From: Candidatus Kerfeldbacteria bacterium
Lineage (GTDB): Bacteria; Patescibacteriota; Patescibacteriia; SBBC01; CAIJZX01
Assembly: GCA_963731735.1 (NCBI GenBank)
Contig: CAVSWO010000002.1
Coordinates: 692,257-756,256 of the forward strand
DNA: 64,000 nt
Direction of reading: 5' to 3'
Position numbers and translations under genes: made by a program. The notes under the pieces were generated by a model. That model was not told the origin of the DNA. It worked only from the letters and a program-made list of their open reading frames with translations, and searched no databases. Shown piece by piece: positions 45,202-54,827 of this stretch. Each line of letters begins with the position of its first letter. Position 1 is the stretch's first letter.

Positions 45202-46413
45202 TTAGCGTTGCTGTTCCTTCAGATGACCCCAGGCAGTCAGTACCATAGCTCCTAATGCCCAAACCGTTAGACCGAGCCGGATCAGGCCGAAGAGACCGGC
45301 CAGGATTGCGGGGGTGCCGCGAAAAACCAGGCCAAAGGCAAAGTCGAAGACAACCGACAGCAATACAATCCCGAGCAAGGTGGCCCAGATAATAACGGAC
45401 TTCCGTTGCCCGGGGAATGCCACACCGCGTCGGATCCAATGCAGCACCAACCAGCCCAGCCAAAAGCCGAGCGCGACCTGGGTCAGGTACAGGGTAATGG
45501 CGTAGATACCGGCCAACACTAACGCTAACTGCAGACCAACCAGAGTAATCATGAGCATGGCCAGGGCGGCCGGAATGACCAAGAAGAATAAAACGCCAAA
45601 GCCGAGCGTGGCGCCGAACCGAGTGGTCATATGATGATGTACATTGCGAAGCGTTTTGGGGAAGAACAGGCTGAACAGCAAGCCGACCAAAATCATCGAT
45701 AGCAAGCTCCAGAGGCGGATGCCCTGTAGGAAGGCCTGCCAGGATTTCGTGGAGACGACGACTTCAACCGCGTGTTTCTGCACACCGCCAGCAATCACTG
45801 CCTGGTCGGAGACGGTCGCAGTTTGCGAAGCCCAGTAGTTGAGTGCACCGTCGAGTTGGGCAGACGAGCCGACCACCACACACACGCTCCGGCCACAATC
45901 ATTTCCGGTGTGCAAATTTACATCCGCTTGGCTGTGCCCGTTGACGATAAACGATCCGCCCCAGGCAGTAACCGCGCCGACGGTCGTGCCGTTCAAGGTG
46001 ACCGTTCCGCCGAACAGCATCGTCTCGCCGGTTATCAGGCTGTCGGTATCAAGGGTCAGGCTGCCGCCGAAAATCATGAGATTGCCGCCAACTGATCCGC
46101 TGATATCAATCGTTCCGCCGCCGGCGTGCAGATTGCCATTGACGGTGCCGGAAACACGAATGGTACCGCCGCTTGCAAATACATCCCCGTCAATCGTTCC
46201 GCTGATGGTGACCGTTCCACCGGCGATGTACACATCATTTTGATACGTGCCGGCCAGATCAACCGTGCCGCCACCCACCATGTACACATCGGAAACGGTT
46301 TGATCGGATCCGGAAAATACCGAATCGCCGTGCTTGGTGGTGAGCGCCTGGGAAGCGCTCGGAATAGCCAAAAGCAATACCCCAACCAGGCTGGTGAGAA
46401 TGAAGTTTCGCAT
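45202..46413 (-). CDS. membrane protein with N-terminal bactofilin/CcmA-like beta-helical repeat domain and C-terminal polytopic TM domain
   Basis: Signal-like MRNFILTSLVGVLLLAIPSASQA. GT[IV]x[IV]xG-type repeats (GTVTISGTIDGDVFASGGTIRVSGTVNGNL...). At least six hydrophobic helices. The track start 46545 would overlap rmlC; the ATG at 46413 is used. Confidence 0.4.
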   Translation of the reverse strand: MRNFILTSLVGVLLLAIPSASQALTTKHGDSVFSGSDQTVSDVYMVGGGTVDLAGTYQNDVYIAGGTVTISGTIDGDVFASGGTIRVSGTVNGNLHAGGGTIDISGSVGGNLMIFGGSLTLDTDSLITGETMLFGGTVTLNGTTVGAVTAWGGSFIVNGHSQADVNLHTGNDCGRSVCVVVGSSAQLDGALNYWASQTATVSDQAVIAGGVQKHAVEVVVSTKSWQAFLQGIRLWSLLSMILVGLLFSLFFPKTLRNVHHHMTTRFGATLGFGVLFFLVIPAALAMLMITLVGLQLALVLAGIYAITLYLTQVALGFWLGWLVLHWIRRGVAFPGQRKSVIIWATLLGIVLLSVVFDFAFGLVFRGTPAILAGLFGLIRLGLTVWALGAMVLTAWGHLKEQQR

Positions 46414-46479
46414 ACGCGTAACGATTAATGATTGGTTCAAGTATAGCAAAAAGGCCATAAACATGCCATCATACGAGCG

Positions 46480-47031
46480 ATGGCTGAACTTCGGGTCTCC
46501 GAAACAGAACTCAAGGGTTTGTTCGTGATTGACCTCGCGGTGCATGGCGACGCGCGCGGCAGTTTTCGCGAAGCCTACCAGGCCGAAAAAATGGAAGCCC
46601 GGGGGTTACCGAAACTCGGTCCGGTCCAGTGGAATATATCCGAAAACCTGCGGCCGGGAATCATTCGTGGGATTCACGCTGAACCTTGGGATAAATATAT
46701 TCATGTTCCGGCTGGGCGAGTGTTTTCTGCGGTGGCCGATCTCCGACCAGATTCGCCGACCTTCGGCCGACACTTGACCTTTGAGCTCAACCATACGAAC
46801 GCGATTTTCATTTCACGGGGCTTCGGAAACGCGTTTCAAACCCTCGAACCGAATACGGTGTATTGCTACCTGGTGAATGCGCATTGGACCGCGGGCCTCA
46901 AATACCCAGCCATTCATTATGCCGACCCGGATCTGGGAATCAAGTGGCCAATCCAACCGGGATCGGATGATGTGTCGGACAAGGACAAAAAGAATCCGAG
47001 CCTGCGGGAATCGTTTCCGGAAAAGTTCTGA
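46480..47031 (+). CDS. rfbC: dTDP-4-dehydrorhamnose 3,5-epimerase
   Basis: LKGLFVIDLAVHGDARGSFRE...GIHAEPWDKYIHVPAGRVFSAVADLR is the RmlC cupin. Confidence 0.85.
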   Translation: MAELRVSETELKGLFVIDLAVHGDARGSFREAYQAEKMEARGLPKLGPVQWNISENLRPGIIRGIHAEPWDKYIHVPAGRVFSAVADLRPDSPTFGRHLTFELNHTNAIFISRGFGNAFQTLEPNTVYCYLVNAHWTAGLKYPAIHYADPDLGIKWPIQPGSDDVSDKDKKNPSLRESFPEKF

Positions 47032-47049
47032 GCTTGACTTTCTCTTTTT

Positions 47050-49203
47050 TTGCTTGCTTGCTACACTTTCCCCGTGGCCACGAAATACGTTATCCGCAAG
47101 TCCTTCGATCCGAAGAACTTCCGGGTTGATTATCAAAAAGAGCTAAATCAAGAACAACTCAACGTCGTCTTGCACGGCGATGGGCCGTGTTTAGTGCTGG
47201 CCGGTGCCGGCTCGGGGAAGACTCGGACGATTGTCTACCGGGTGGCGTATTTGATTGAAAAGGGCATTCGACCGGAGAATATTCTGCTGGTGACCTTTAC
47301 CAACAAAGCGGCTAAGGAAATGCTGTCCCGGGTGGAAGAGCTGCTTGGAACATTTCCGAAATCGCTGCACGGCGGAACCTTTCACCATGAGGCCAATCGT
47401 TTATTGCGCAAGTACGCGCCGAAACTCGGCTTCAATCACAACTTTACGATTCTGGATGAAGAGGACAGCAAGGACTTACTGAGCGTCTGTATCAAATCAC
47501 TCGGGATTGAAACGACGAAGTCACGTTTTCCGAGCACCCGCGTGATTAGCGCGCTGATTTCGCTGGCCAAAAATACCGGGCTCGCGCTGGATGAACTGAT
47601 TGCCGAAGGCAAAGTCGAATTCATGAAAATTTTACCGGACCTGGTACGCGTCTTCGAAGAATACGAACGGCGAAAATTGCGGAATAACGCGATGGATTTT
47701 GATGATTTGCTGACCAACCTGCTGAAACTGCTTCGCGACCAGGCTGACGTCCGGCGCCATTTAAGCCAACAATTTCAATACATCCTGGTGGACGAATATC
47801 AGGACACCAACCACTTACAGGCTGAAATTGTCCGATTACTGGCCGAGGTGCATCATAATCTACTGGTGGTTGGCGACGACGCACAGTCTATTTATTCTTT
47901 CCGCGGCGCGGATATCAGCAACATTCTCGATTTCCCCAAACGCTGGCCGGATTGCACAACCTTTAAACTCGAAACCAACTACCGCTCAACCCAGCCGATC
48001 TTGGATGTTGCCAATGAGGTGATTCAACACAACACGGCGCAATTTCAAAAAAAATTGCAGCATGTCCGAACGGATGGGATGAAACCGGTAGTGGTGCCGG
48101 CTGTGTCGGACGAACAGGAGGCTGAATTCATTAGCCAGCGGATTCTTGAGTTACGGGACGAAGGCGTGCCGCTCAAAGAGATGGCAGTCCTATTTCGCGC
48201 CGCCTATCACTCGCAAGCACTAGAATTTGAACTGACCCGGCGGGATATTCCGTATGAATACCGCGGAGGGATTCGCTTTTTTGATCGAGCCCATATTAAG
48301 GATACGCTGGCGCATTTGAAAATTGTCACCAATCCGAGCGATGAGGTCGGATTTTTACGGGTCATGCGACTGCAAGTAGGGATCGGTCAGCAAACCGCCG
48401 CCAAAATATTCGATGGCTTGCAACAGTATCGATCGGACGACGAGCGTCATCCGTATGAACTCGCCTTCGAACGGTACCAGCCGCCCAGCCGGGCCGAGAA
48501 AGGCTGGCGGGCGTTCCAAAATACCATCGGCGCCTTGTTAAGTGAACGCGACGGCAGCCCGGAAACGCTGATCCAGCTCGTGATGGACAGCGAGTACCGC
48601 GACTATTTGAAAAACCAATACCCGGATGCCAATGATCGGCTGCAAGACCTTGAACAACTGGCGTTGTTTGCCGGCAAGTATGAGAATTTGGACACCTTCC
48701 TGTCCGAAGTTTCACTCCAAGAATCGTTCGGCGTGGCCGGCGGAGAATCGGGTGACGGGAAGAGCGCCGAACGGATTGTACTCTCGACAATTCACCAAGC
48801 CAAGGGGCTGGAGTGGCGGGCGGTCTTCGTGATGCACCTGGCGGAACAGTATTTTCCGAACCCGCGGGCGCTGAGCGAAGAGGGAGGCGTTGAGGAGGAG
48901 CGCCGGTTATTTTATGTAGCGATTACACGAGCCAAAGATGAAGTGTATTTGACCTATAGCTTAGCGAGCGGGTATCGGACGATGTCGATGCAACTGAACG
49001 CGCCCTCACCGTTCGTCAAGGAAATTCCAACCCGTCTGCTCGAACCGTACGAACTCGAAGAATCGGTGGCCCAGGCCGAAGATGCATTGATTGATCCGGA
49101 CCAGGTGATTGATTTAGATGATGACGAAAAACCTCGGGGTTTGCTCGATCGGGTAATGCAATCGAATCGGGATAAAAGGCAGCGAAAACGCCACCGAGGT
49201 TGA
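47050..49203 (+). CDS. ATP-dependent DNA helicase, UvrD/PcrA family
   Basis: Walker A AGAGSGKT, motif II VDEYQDTN, motif VI region, UvrD C-terminal domain. Confidence 0.85.
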   Translation: MLACYTFPVATKYVIRKSFDPKNFRVDYQKELNQEQLNVVLHGDGPCLVLAGAGSGKTRTIVYRVAYLIEKGIRPENILLVTFTNKAAKEMLSRVEELLGTFPKSLHGGTFHHEANRLLRKYAPKLGFNHNFTILDEEDSKDLLSVCIKSLGIETTKSRFPSTRVISALISLAKNTGLALDELIAEGKVEFMKILPDLVRVFEEYERRKLRNNAMDFDDLLTNLLKLLRDQADVRRHLSQQFQYILVDEYQDTNHLQAEIVRLLAEVHHNLLVVGDDAQSIYSFRGADISNILDFPKRWPDCTTFKLETNYRSTQPILDVANEVIQHNTAQFQKKLQHVRTDGMKPVVVPAVSDEQEAEFISQRILELRDEGVPLKEMAVLFRAAYHSQALEFELTRRDIPYEYRGGIRFFDRAHIKDTLAHLKIVTNPSDEVGFLRVMRLQVGIGQQTAAKIFDGLQQYRSDDERHPYELAFERYQPPSRAEKGWRAFQNTIGALLSERDGSPETLIQLVMDSEYRDYLKNQYPDANDRLQDLEQLALFAGKYENLDTFLSEVSLQESFGVAGGESGDGKSAERIVLSTIHQAKGLEWRAVFVMHLAEQYFPNPRALSEEGGVEEERRLFYVAITRAKDEVYLTYSLASGYRTMSMQLNAPSPFVKEIPTRLLEPYELEESVAQAEDALIDPDQVIDLDDDEKPRGLLDRVMQSNRDKRQRKRHRG

Positions 49204-49664
49204 ACGGAATGAATCGCGAACTCGTTCTCTTAGCCCATAACATCCGTTCCGCCTATAACGTCGGATCATTTTTTCGAACCGCCGATGGAGCGGGCGTAAG
49301 CAGAATTGTCCTCAGCGGGTACTCCGCGCGGCCGCCGCATCCGGGCGTGAAAAAAACCGCCCTGGGAGCTGAAGAGATTGTGCCATGGGAATCGATCGCG
49401 CAGCCGGGCCCGTGGTTACGGCGGATGCGGCGGCGGGGATACCACATCGTCGCCTTGGAACAGACGCCGAACAGCCAAACGATCTTTACCTGGAAACCGA
49501 AATGGCCGTTGATTCTGATAGTTGGGAATGAGGTCAGGGGAGTTAGTCCGGGGCTTTTGAAATATGCTCAGACGAAACTTGAGATTCCAATGCGCGGCCA
49601 AAAGGAGTCGCTGAATGTGGCCAGCGCCATGGCGGTTGGGGTATACTCAATTCTGAATCCATGA
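49200..49664 (+). CDS. SpoU/TrmH-family RNA 2'-O-methyltransferase (minimal 154-aa form)
   Basis: SPOUT motifs (NIRSAYNVGSFFRTADGAGV, IVGNEVRGVS, IPMRGQKESLNVASAMAV). Confidence 0.8.
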   Translation: MNGMNRELVLLAHNIRSAYNVGSFFRTADGAGVSRIVLSGYSARPPHPGVKKTALGAEEIVPWESIAQPGPWLRRMRRRGYHIVALEQTPNSQTIFTWKPKWPLILIVGNEVRGVSPGLLKYAQTKLEIPMRGQKESLNVASAMAVGVYSILNP

Positions 49665-50551
49665 CGCCTAAAATATCCATCGTCATTGTCAACTATAAAT
49701 CCGAGGACGCCCTCGAACATTGTTTGCGTTCATTGCACGTGGCCACGCAGGAAACCGTCGAGGTTATTCTAGTTGATAATTCTCCGCTCAGTCGCGACCA
49801 TCAACCGCTGAACAATAAAAGCGCCGAGCGCGTTCTGCAAGATAGTGGCCTGCCGGGATTTTATTTTCCGCAATCGCGGAACACCGGCTATACGCTAGCC
49901 GCGAATCTCGGCGCCCGACACGCGCATGGAGAATATTTGTGTTTTCTCAATCCGGATACGGTTTGGGAACAGCATGGGCTGGGTCGCCTGGTTGCATGGG
50001 TGGCTCATCATCCGCGATCCGTGGCCGGTCCGCGGGAGTTGGATCCGGCGGGGAAGATTACCACCTCGGCCTTTCCGTTCGTGACGCGCCGACAAATTTG
50101 GAATAACACCCTGCTCTATAAACTGCCGTGGCCGCGCGCCTGCCAAGTCGCACTGGGTTGGCTGGTGCCGGCTTTTCGGTATGCTCACCTGTGCCGGCAT
50201 GCCAAAGCTCCGACGCGTGTTCCGGTGCTGAGTGGCAGTTGCATCCTGATGCGGCGCGCGGTCTGGGCAGAGATCGGGGAGTGGCATCCGGAGCTCTCAC
50301 ATTTCGGCTTGGAGTCAGAATGGTTTGAACGGGCACAAGCATCCGGGGTGACGGCCTGGTACATTCCGGGGGCGGTCATCTTGCATGAACACGGTTTAAG
50401 CATTCGTCGAGGTGAAGGTTGGCGAGTGCGAGAAGCGGCCGATCACAATCGGCGTTGGCACGCCGCTCAAAAGGGAATGCTCACCGTCGGTATATTACTG
50501 CTGATACTTTGGATCGAACGGCAGCTGCGCAACGCCCGCCGCGCCGGCTGA
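49661..50551 (+). CDS. glycosyltransferase family 2
   Basis: N-terminal SIVIVNYKSEDAL and a DxD-like region. Confidence 0.8.
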   Translation: MTPKISIVIVNYKSEDALEHCLRSLHVATQETVEVILVDNSPLSRDHQPLNNKSAERVLQDSGLPGFYFPQSRNTGYTLAANLGARHAHGEYLCFLNPDTVWEQHGLGRLVAWVAHHPRSVAGPRELDPAGKITTSAFPFVTRRQIWNNTLLYKLPWPRACQVALGWLVPAFRYAHLCRHAKAPTRVPVLSGSCILMRRAVWAEIGEWHPELSHFGLESEWFERAQASGVTAWYIPGAVILHEHGLSIRRGEGWRVREAADHNRRWHAAQKGMLTVGILLLILWIERQLRNARRAG

Positions 50552-50625
50552 CTTGACAATCACGACAGAAGGGCCGTAGGCTGCAGCCACCAGTTGATCT
50601 TTTCATGTTCCCAGGGAGGTGGAAG

Positions 50626-51147
50626 ATGGATATGAAGGTAGATGGGAGATGCAAGCTGTGTGATTTTCCTAAATTTCGGAAATTGCCGGCACCCAAGCAT
50701 GTATTGATTGCTGGGATGTACTACTTTCTCAACGCCTATGGTGCGGCTGTTCCGATGAAGGCATTTTCCCCTTATTCGACAGAGGCAATCCTGGGGGCAC
50801 ATCACAATATTGTGCATGGGCGTCTCTCCTGGTTGATTGCACGCATTTCTCTTGTTTACCACTTCGATCCGGTCAACCTGCGGTCGCTTGATATTCAGCG
50901 GATGTTTTCCACGCAAAATCAGTTCAGCTTCATGTTTCGCGGGAGAACAGATCGACCGGTTCGGCCATATCAGGTGAGCGTCTATAAGAGCCCACGTCGA
51001 ATTCCGCCTTTTCAAACGGAGGCCCCATCGGAGATTGAGGCCCTCCGAACTTTCATGGATATGATGACCCATTCGAACACCTGGACTGACGATGAACTCA
51101 AAGAGTTTGCGGGAACAATGCACCTGAGAGTTCGGGCAGTTGCCTGA
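50626..51147 (+). CDS. hypothetical protein (173 aa) in lower-GC DNA
   Basis: RBS gggaggtg 5 nt upstream of ATG 50626 and an intrinsic terminator directly downstream. The overlapping minus ORF 50560..51372 is Cys/Trp/His-rich and was judged spurious. Confidence 0.5.
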   Translation: MDMKVDGRCKLCDFPKFRKLPAPKHVLIAGMYYFLNAYGAAVPMKAFSPYSTEAILGAHHNIVHGRLSWLIARISLVYHFDPVNLRSLDIQRMFSTQNQFSFMFRGRTDRPVRPYQVSVYKSPRRIPPFQTEAPSEIEALRTFMDMMTHSNTWTDDELKEFAGTMHLRVRAVA

Positions 51148-51160
51148 GCCCCAGCCTCCA

Positions 51161-51187
51161 ACACCCACTCCGGTGGGTGTTTTTTCT
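51161..51187 (+). terminator. intrinsic terminator (acaccca-ctccgg-tgggtgt + tttttc)
   Basis: Read directly, 14 nt after the stop at 51147. Confidence 0.65.
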
Positions 51188-51269
51188 TGCGGAACAATGT
51201 TTCCACACCAACGCAAATATGGCCTAATTGACCCAGCACTACAGTCCTTCCGCGTCTGGTTGTGCTGGA

Positions 51270-51333
51270 TTGACGCGTGGTAACAATGTGGTGTAAAATG
51301 GAATAGAAGGGTGAGAAGTGGAAAAAAGTGGGG
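51270..51333 (+). promoter_or_regulatory. mraZ promoter (TTGACG-N18-TAAAAT) followed by GTG[AG]G direct repeats (gtgag/gtgga/gtggg) resembling MraZ operator repeats
   Basis: Read directly. MraZ binding to GTGGG direct repeats in its own promoter region is established in E. coli and Bacillus. Confidence 0.45.
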
Positions 51334-51374
51334 ATAACCCCGTTCCTTGGTGGATAAGCCCTTTACACACACCT

Positions 51375-51806
51375 ATGTTTATTGGCGAATATCACCACGC
51401 ACTCGACGACAAGGGTCGCGTTCAGGTGCCAGTCAAATTCCGGAAGGACCTCCAAACCGGCGCCGTGGTAACTCGGGGCCTGGATCGGTGTTTGTTTGTC
51501 TATACCGCGAAAGAGTGGAGTCAGCTGGCTGAAAAACTTGCCTCCTTGCCGATTGCGAAAGCGAACTCGCGGGCCTTCGCCCGATTGATGCTGGCGGGCG
51601 CGATGGAACTCGAGATTGATCGCCAAGGCCGGGTCGTCCTGCCGGAATATCTGCGGCAGTACGCCGGCCTCAAAAAAAGCGTGGTGGTGGCCGGTCTCTA
51701 CAATCGATTAGAACTCTGGGATAAGGACGCTTGGAAGCGGTACCGGACCGGAACGGAAAAGCAGAGCGGGGATATCGCTGAAGCTTTAGGTGAGCTCGGC
51801 GTCTAG
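51375..51806 (+). CDS. mraZ: transcriptional regulator MraZ
   Basis: MFIGEYHHALDDKGRVQVPVKFRK and a second DxxxR-type repeat. The ORF-track start 51318 is upstream; MFIGEY is the canonical start. Confidence 0.9.
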   Translation: MFIGEYHHALDDKGRVQVPVKFRKDLQTGAVVTRGLDRCLFVYTAKEWSQLAEKLASLPIAKANSRAFARLMLAGAMELEIDRQGRVVLPEYLRQYAGLKKSVVVAGLYNRLELWDKDAWKRYRTGTEKQSGDIAEALGELGV

Positions 51807-52697
51807 ATGCCCACGCCTGATTCCGTTCATGTTCCGGTGCTCCTTCCAGATGTTCTCTCCAATCTGAACCTTCAGCCTGGCGACACGGTGATAGACGCCA
51901 CCCTCGGTGGCGGCGGTCATACGCGCGCTTTGCTTGAAGCCATCGCTCCCGACGGCCGGGTCCTAGCCCTTGAGGCCGACCCGCGCACGCTGGCCGACAC
52001 GCAAGCGAAACTGGCCGACGCCGGATCGCGGTTAGTGATCGTCCAGAAAAATTTTCGCGAGCTGCAAACGGTCGCCAAGGCGCATGGCTTTCATGGCGTG
52101 GCGGCGGTCCTGTTTGACCTCGGTCTGTCATCCATCGGCTTGGCCGATGCCAGCCGAGGCTTCTCGTTCCAAGTGGACGGTCCGCTCGACATGCGCTTTG
52201 ATCCCGCCCAGGATCTGACCGCGGCTGAGATCGTGAATACCTGGTCACGCGATGACCTGCTCCACATCCTGCGCGAGTATGGCGAAGAGCGACAGGCTGA
52301 ACGGATCGTTGACCAACTGATCCTCCAGCGTCAAACCGCGCCGTTCCAAACGACCCTGGCCCTGGCGGAGGCCATCATGACGGTCAAACCGCGACGCGGA
52401 CGTCTGCATCCGGCCACTCAAACCTTTCAAGCGCTTCGCATGGCGGTTAACGATGAATTGGCTGCGCTGGAAGAAGCCTTACCGCAAGCCTTTGACTGTT
52501 TGCGTTCCGGCGGGCGCCTGGCGGTTATCACCTTTCACTCAATTGAAGATCGGGTGGTCAAACATTGGACCCATCAATTGGCAGATCGCGGCCTGGCTGA
52601 GCTCGTCAATAAACATGTCATTCAGGCCAGCTACCAAGCCGCCAAGGAAAATCCACGCGCGCGTAGCGCCAAACTCCGCATCATCCAAAAAAAATAA
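51807..52697 (+). CDS. rsmH: 16S rRNA (cytosine1402-N4)-methyltransferase
   Basis: HVPVLL...DATLGGGGHT...FDLGLSS motifs. Confidence 0.9.
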   Translation: MPTPDSVHVPVLLPDVLSNLNLQPGDTVIDATLGGGGHTRALLEAIAPDGRVLALEADPRTLADTQAKLADAGSRLVIVQKNFRELQTVAKAHGFHGVAAVLFDLGLSSIGLADASRGFSFQVDGPLDMRFDPAQDLTAAEIVNTWSRDDLLHILREYGEERQAERIVDQLILQRQTAPFQTTLALAEAIMTVKPRRGRLHPATQTFQALRMAVNDELAALEEALPQAFDCLRSGGRLAVITFHSIEDRVVKHWTHQLADRGLAELVNKHVIQASYQAAKENPRARSAKLRIIQKK

Positions 52698-52715
52698 TTT
52701 ATCAAAAACAAAACT

Positions 52716-53066
52716 ATGTCCCGCACACGACGCATGCAAGACCCGCTCCGTTCCACCGCCCACTGGTGGCACCGCTTTAAAGTCTCGACGCAAAAGTTCG
52801 CGATCTTCCTGACCCTGATGGCGGTCGGTTTAGGGTTTACCTATGTCTGGCTGACCAACCGGACAGCCACGCACGGTTTTGCGATTGAAAAGCTACAGTC
52901 ACAAATTGCGGAACTTCGGACCTCGAATGAAAAACTGGAATTACAAGCGGCCGATCTGCGCGCCTTGAGTACGGTGGCGCTGTCTTCGGAAACCGAAGGT
53001 TTGCAGCCAACTGATACTTTTGAAGTGCTGAGTACCGGCACCGGCGCAGTGGCCCTGCAGCCGTAA
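52716..53066 (+). CDS. FtsL-like cell division protein (single TM plus coiled coil)
   Basis: Position between rsmH and the PBP gene. TM helix FAIFLTLMAVGLGFTYVWL then a heptad-rich region. Confidence 0.5.
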   Translation: MSRTRRMQDPLRSTAHWWHRFKVSTQKFAIFLTLMAVGLGFTYVWLTNRTATHGFAIEKLQSQIAELRTSNEKLELQAADLRALSTVALSSETEGLQPTDTFEVLSTGTGAVALQP

Positions 53067-53074
53067 TCCACGTC

Positions 53075-54808
53075 ATGGTTCGCGCTCGTCGCAAGTCTGA
53101 ACCCTGGTATCAGAACCGGTTAGGTGTGCTCCGGTTCGGTTTTGGTGTTTTCGCGGCCATATTGATCGGTCGATTATTTATCTTGCAGATCGTTCACCAT
53201 ACGTTCTACGAAGCGCTGGCGCAGGACCAACATCAATTTAGCCAGCAACTCTATCCCGAGCGCGGTGATATTTTAGTCCACGATCAACAATCCTCAACCG
53301 GAAATTATCCCTTGGCCACCAATCGGACGCTTAATTTACTGTACGCCGTTCCGAAAGATATCACTGACCCGCAAGCGGTGGCTGATAAACTGCAAGGGTT
53401 GGTCAATCTTGACCCCGAGACGTTGCTGGCGCGCTTAGACAAGCCTAATGATTTGTACGAACCGATCCAGCACTCCATGACGGATGAACAGCGCCAACAG
53501 ATCGAAGCCTTGAAGATTGACGGATTAAAATTTGACGACGAATCAACGCGTTACTATCCGGAAAAAAATATCGGCGCGCAAATGATCGGATTTCTTGGGA
53601 ATGACGGCGAACAAAAGGTTGGACAGTATGGCATTGAAGGCGCCTTCGAAGATACCTTAGCCGGACAACGGGGTGAAATCACGGCCGAGAAAGATGCCTC
53701 GGGGCAATTGATTGCGACGGCCGCGCAAGTTTGGCAACCGGCCATCGACGGTTCAAATGTCTTGCTGACCATTGATCGCACCATTCAATTTGAAGCCTGT
53801 CGGAAACTGGATGAAGCGGTTAAGAAGCACGGCGCCGATAGCGGGGCGGTTATTATTATGAACCCGAAGACCGGCGCGATCCTGGCGATGTGCAGCGCGC
53901 CGGATTATGACCCCAACAATTACGGTTCGGTCAAAGACTCATCCGTCTATTTGAATCAAGCTACCCAAGTTCCGTACGAACCGGGTTCGGTCTTCAAGCC
54001 GATCACCATGACGGCGGCCTTAAATGAAGGCGCAATTACGCCGGAGACCACCTATCAAGATTCCGGTGAAGTCAAAATCGACAGTTACACGATTCGGAAT
54101 TCCGATTTAAAGGCGCACGGTCTCCAGAGCATGACCGAGGTCTTGGAGAAATCGCTCAACACCGGCGCTATTTTCGCCATGCGCCAAGTTGGCCCCTCGA
54201 CCTTTGAACGCTACCTGCAAGCCTTTGGTTTCGGCCAATTGTCCGGCATTGAAGTTGATGAACGGGCCGGGAATATTTCAACCCTGAGTACCGGCCGGGA
54301 AATTTACGCGGCCACTGCCTCCTACGGGCAGGGAATTACGGTCACGCCGCTGCAGCTGATTGACGCCTACGCGGCGATGGCGAACGGCGGCAAGCTGATG
54401 CGACCCTATCTGGTTGATCGGGTGATCCACCCTGATGGCACGGAAGAGGTGACCGCGCCGCGTACGATTCGGACCGTTATGACGCCGCAAACTTCCGCCA
54501 CGGTCAGCGCCATGATGGTCCGGGTGGTCCAAAATGGGCACGGTAAGGCGGCCGGCGTTCCGGGCTATTTCATCGCCGGAAAAACCGGAACGGCGCAAAT
54601 TCCGGATCCAAAAACCGGCGGGTATGATCCGCACTATACGATTGGAACCTTCGCCGGCTTCGGGCCGGTTGAAGATCCGCAGTTTGTGATGGTGACAAAA
54701 CTGGTCCGGCCGCGTGATGTGCAATTTGCTGAAAGTACGGCTGCGCCGCTTTTTGGCGAACTGGCAAAATTCGTTCTGCTGCACTTGGGCGTGGCGCCGA
54801 GTCAATAA
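53075..54808 (+). CDS. penicillin-binding protein (class B transpeptidase, FtsI/PBP2-like)
   Basis: N-terminal TM, dimerisation domain, transpeptidase motifs SVFK (STFK-like), SLN, KTGTA. Confidence 0.9.
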   Translation: MVRARRKSEPWYQNRLGVLRFGFGVFAAILIGRLFILQIVHHTFYEALAQDQHQFSQQLYPERGDILVHDQQSSTGNYPLATNRTLNLLYAVPKDITDPQAVADKLQGLVNLDPETLLARLDKPNDLYEPIQHSMTDEQRQQIEALKIDGLKFDDESTRYYPEKNIGAQMIGFLGNDGEQKVGQYGIEGAFEDTLAGQRGEITAEKDASGQLIATAAQVWQPAIDGSNVLLTIDRTIQFEACRKLDEAVKKHGADSGAVIIMNPKTGAILAMCSAPDYDPNNYGSVKDSSVYLNQATQVPYEPGSVFKPITMTAALNEGAITPETTYQDSGEVKIDSYTIRNSDLKAHGLQSMTEVLEKSLNTGAIFAMRQVGPSTFERYLQAFGFGQLSGIEVDERAGNISTLSTGREIYAATASYGQGITVTPLQLIDAYAAMANGGKLMRPYLVDRVIHPDGTEEVTAPRTIRTVMTPQTSATVSAMMVRVVQNGHGKAAGVPGYFIAGKTGTAQIPDPKTGGYDPHYTIGTFAGFGPVEDPQFVMVTKLVRPRDVQFAESTAAPLFGELAKFVLLHLGVAPSQ

Positions 54809-54827
54809 ACTCGATATACTAGCGGAC

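Noticed and set aside
50560-51372. 270-aa minus-strand ORF
   Set aside because: Cys/Trp/His/Arg-rich with an implausible composition. The plus-strand gene has an RBS and a terminator.
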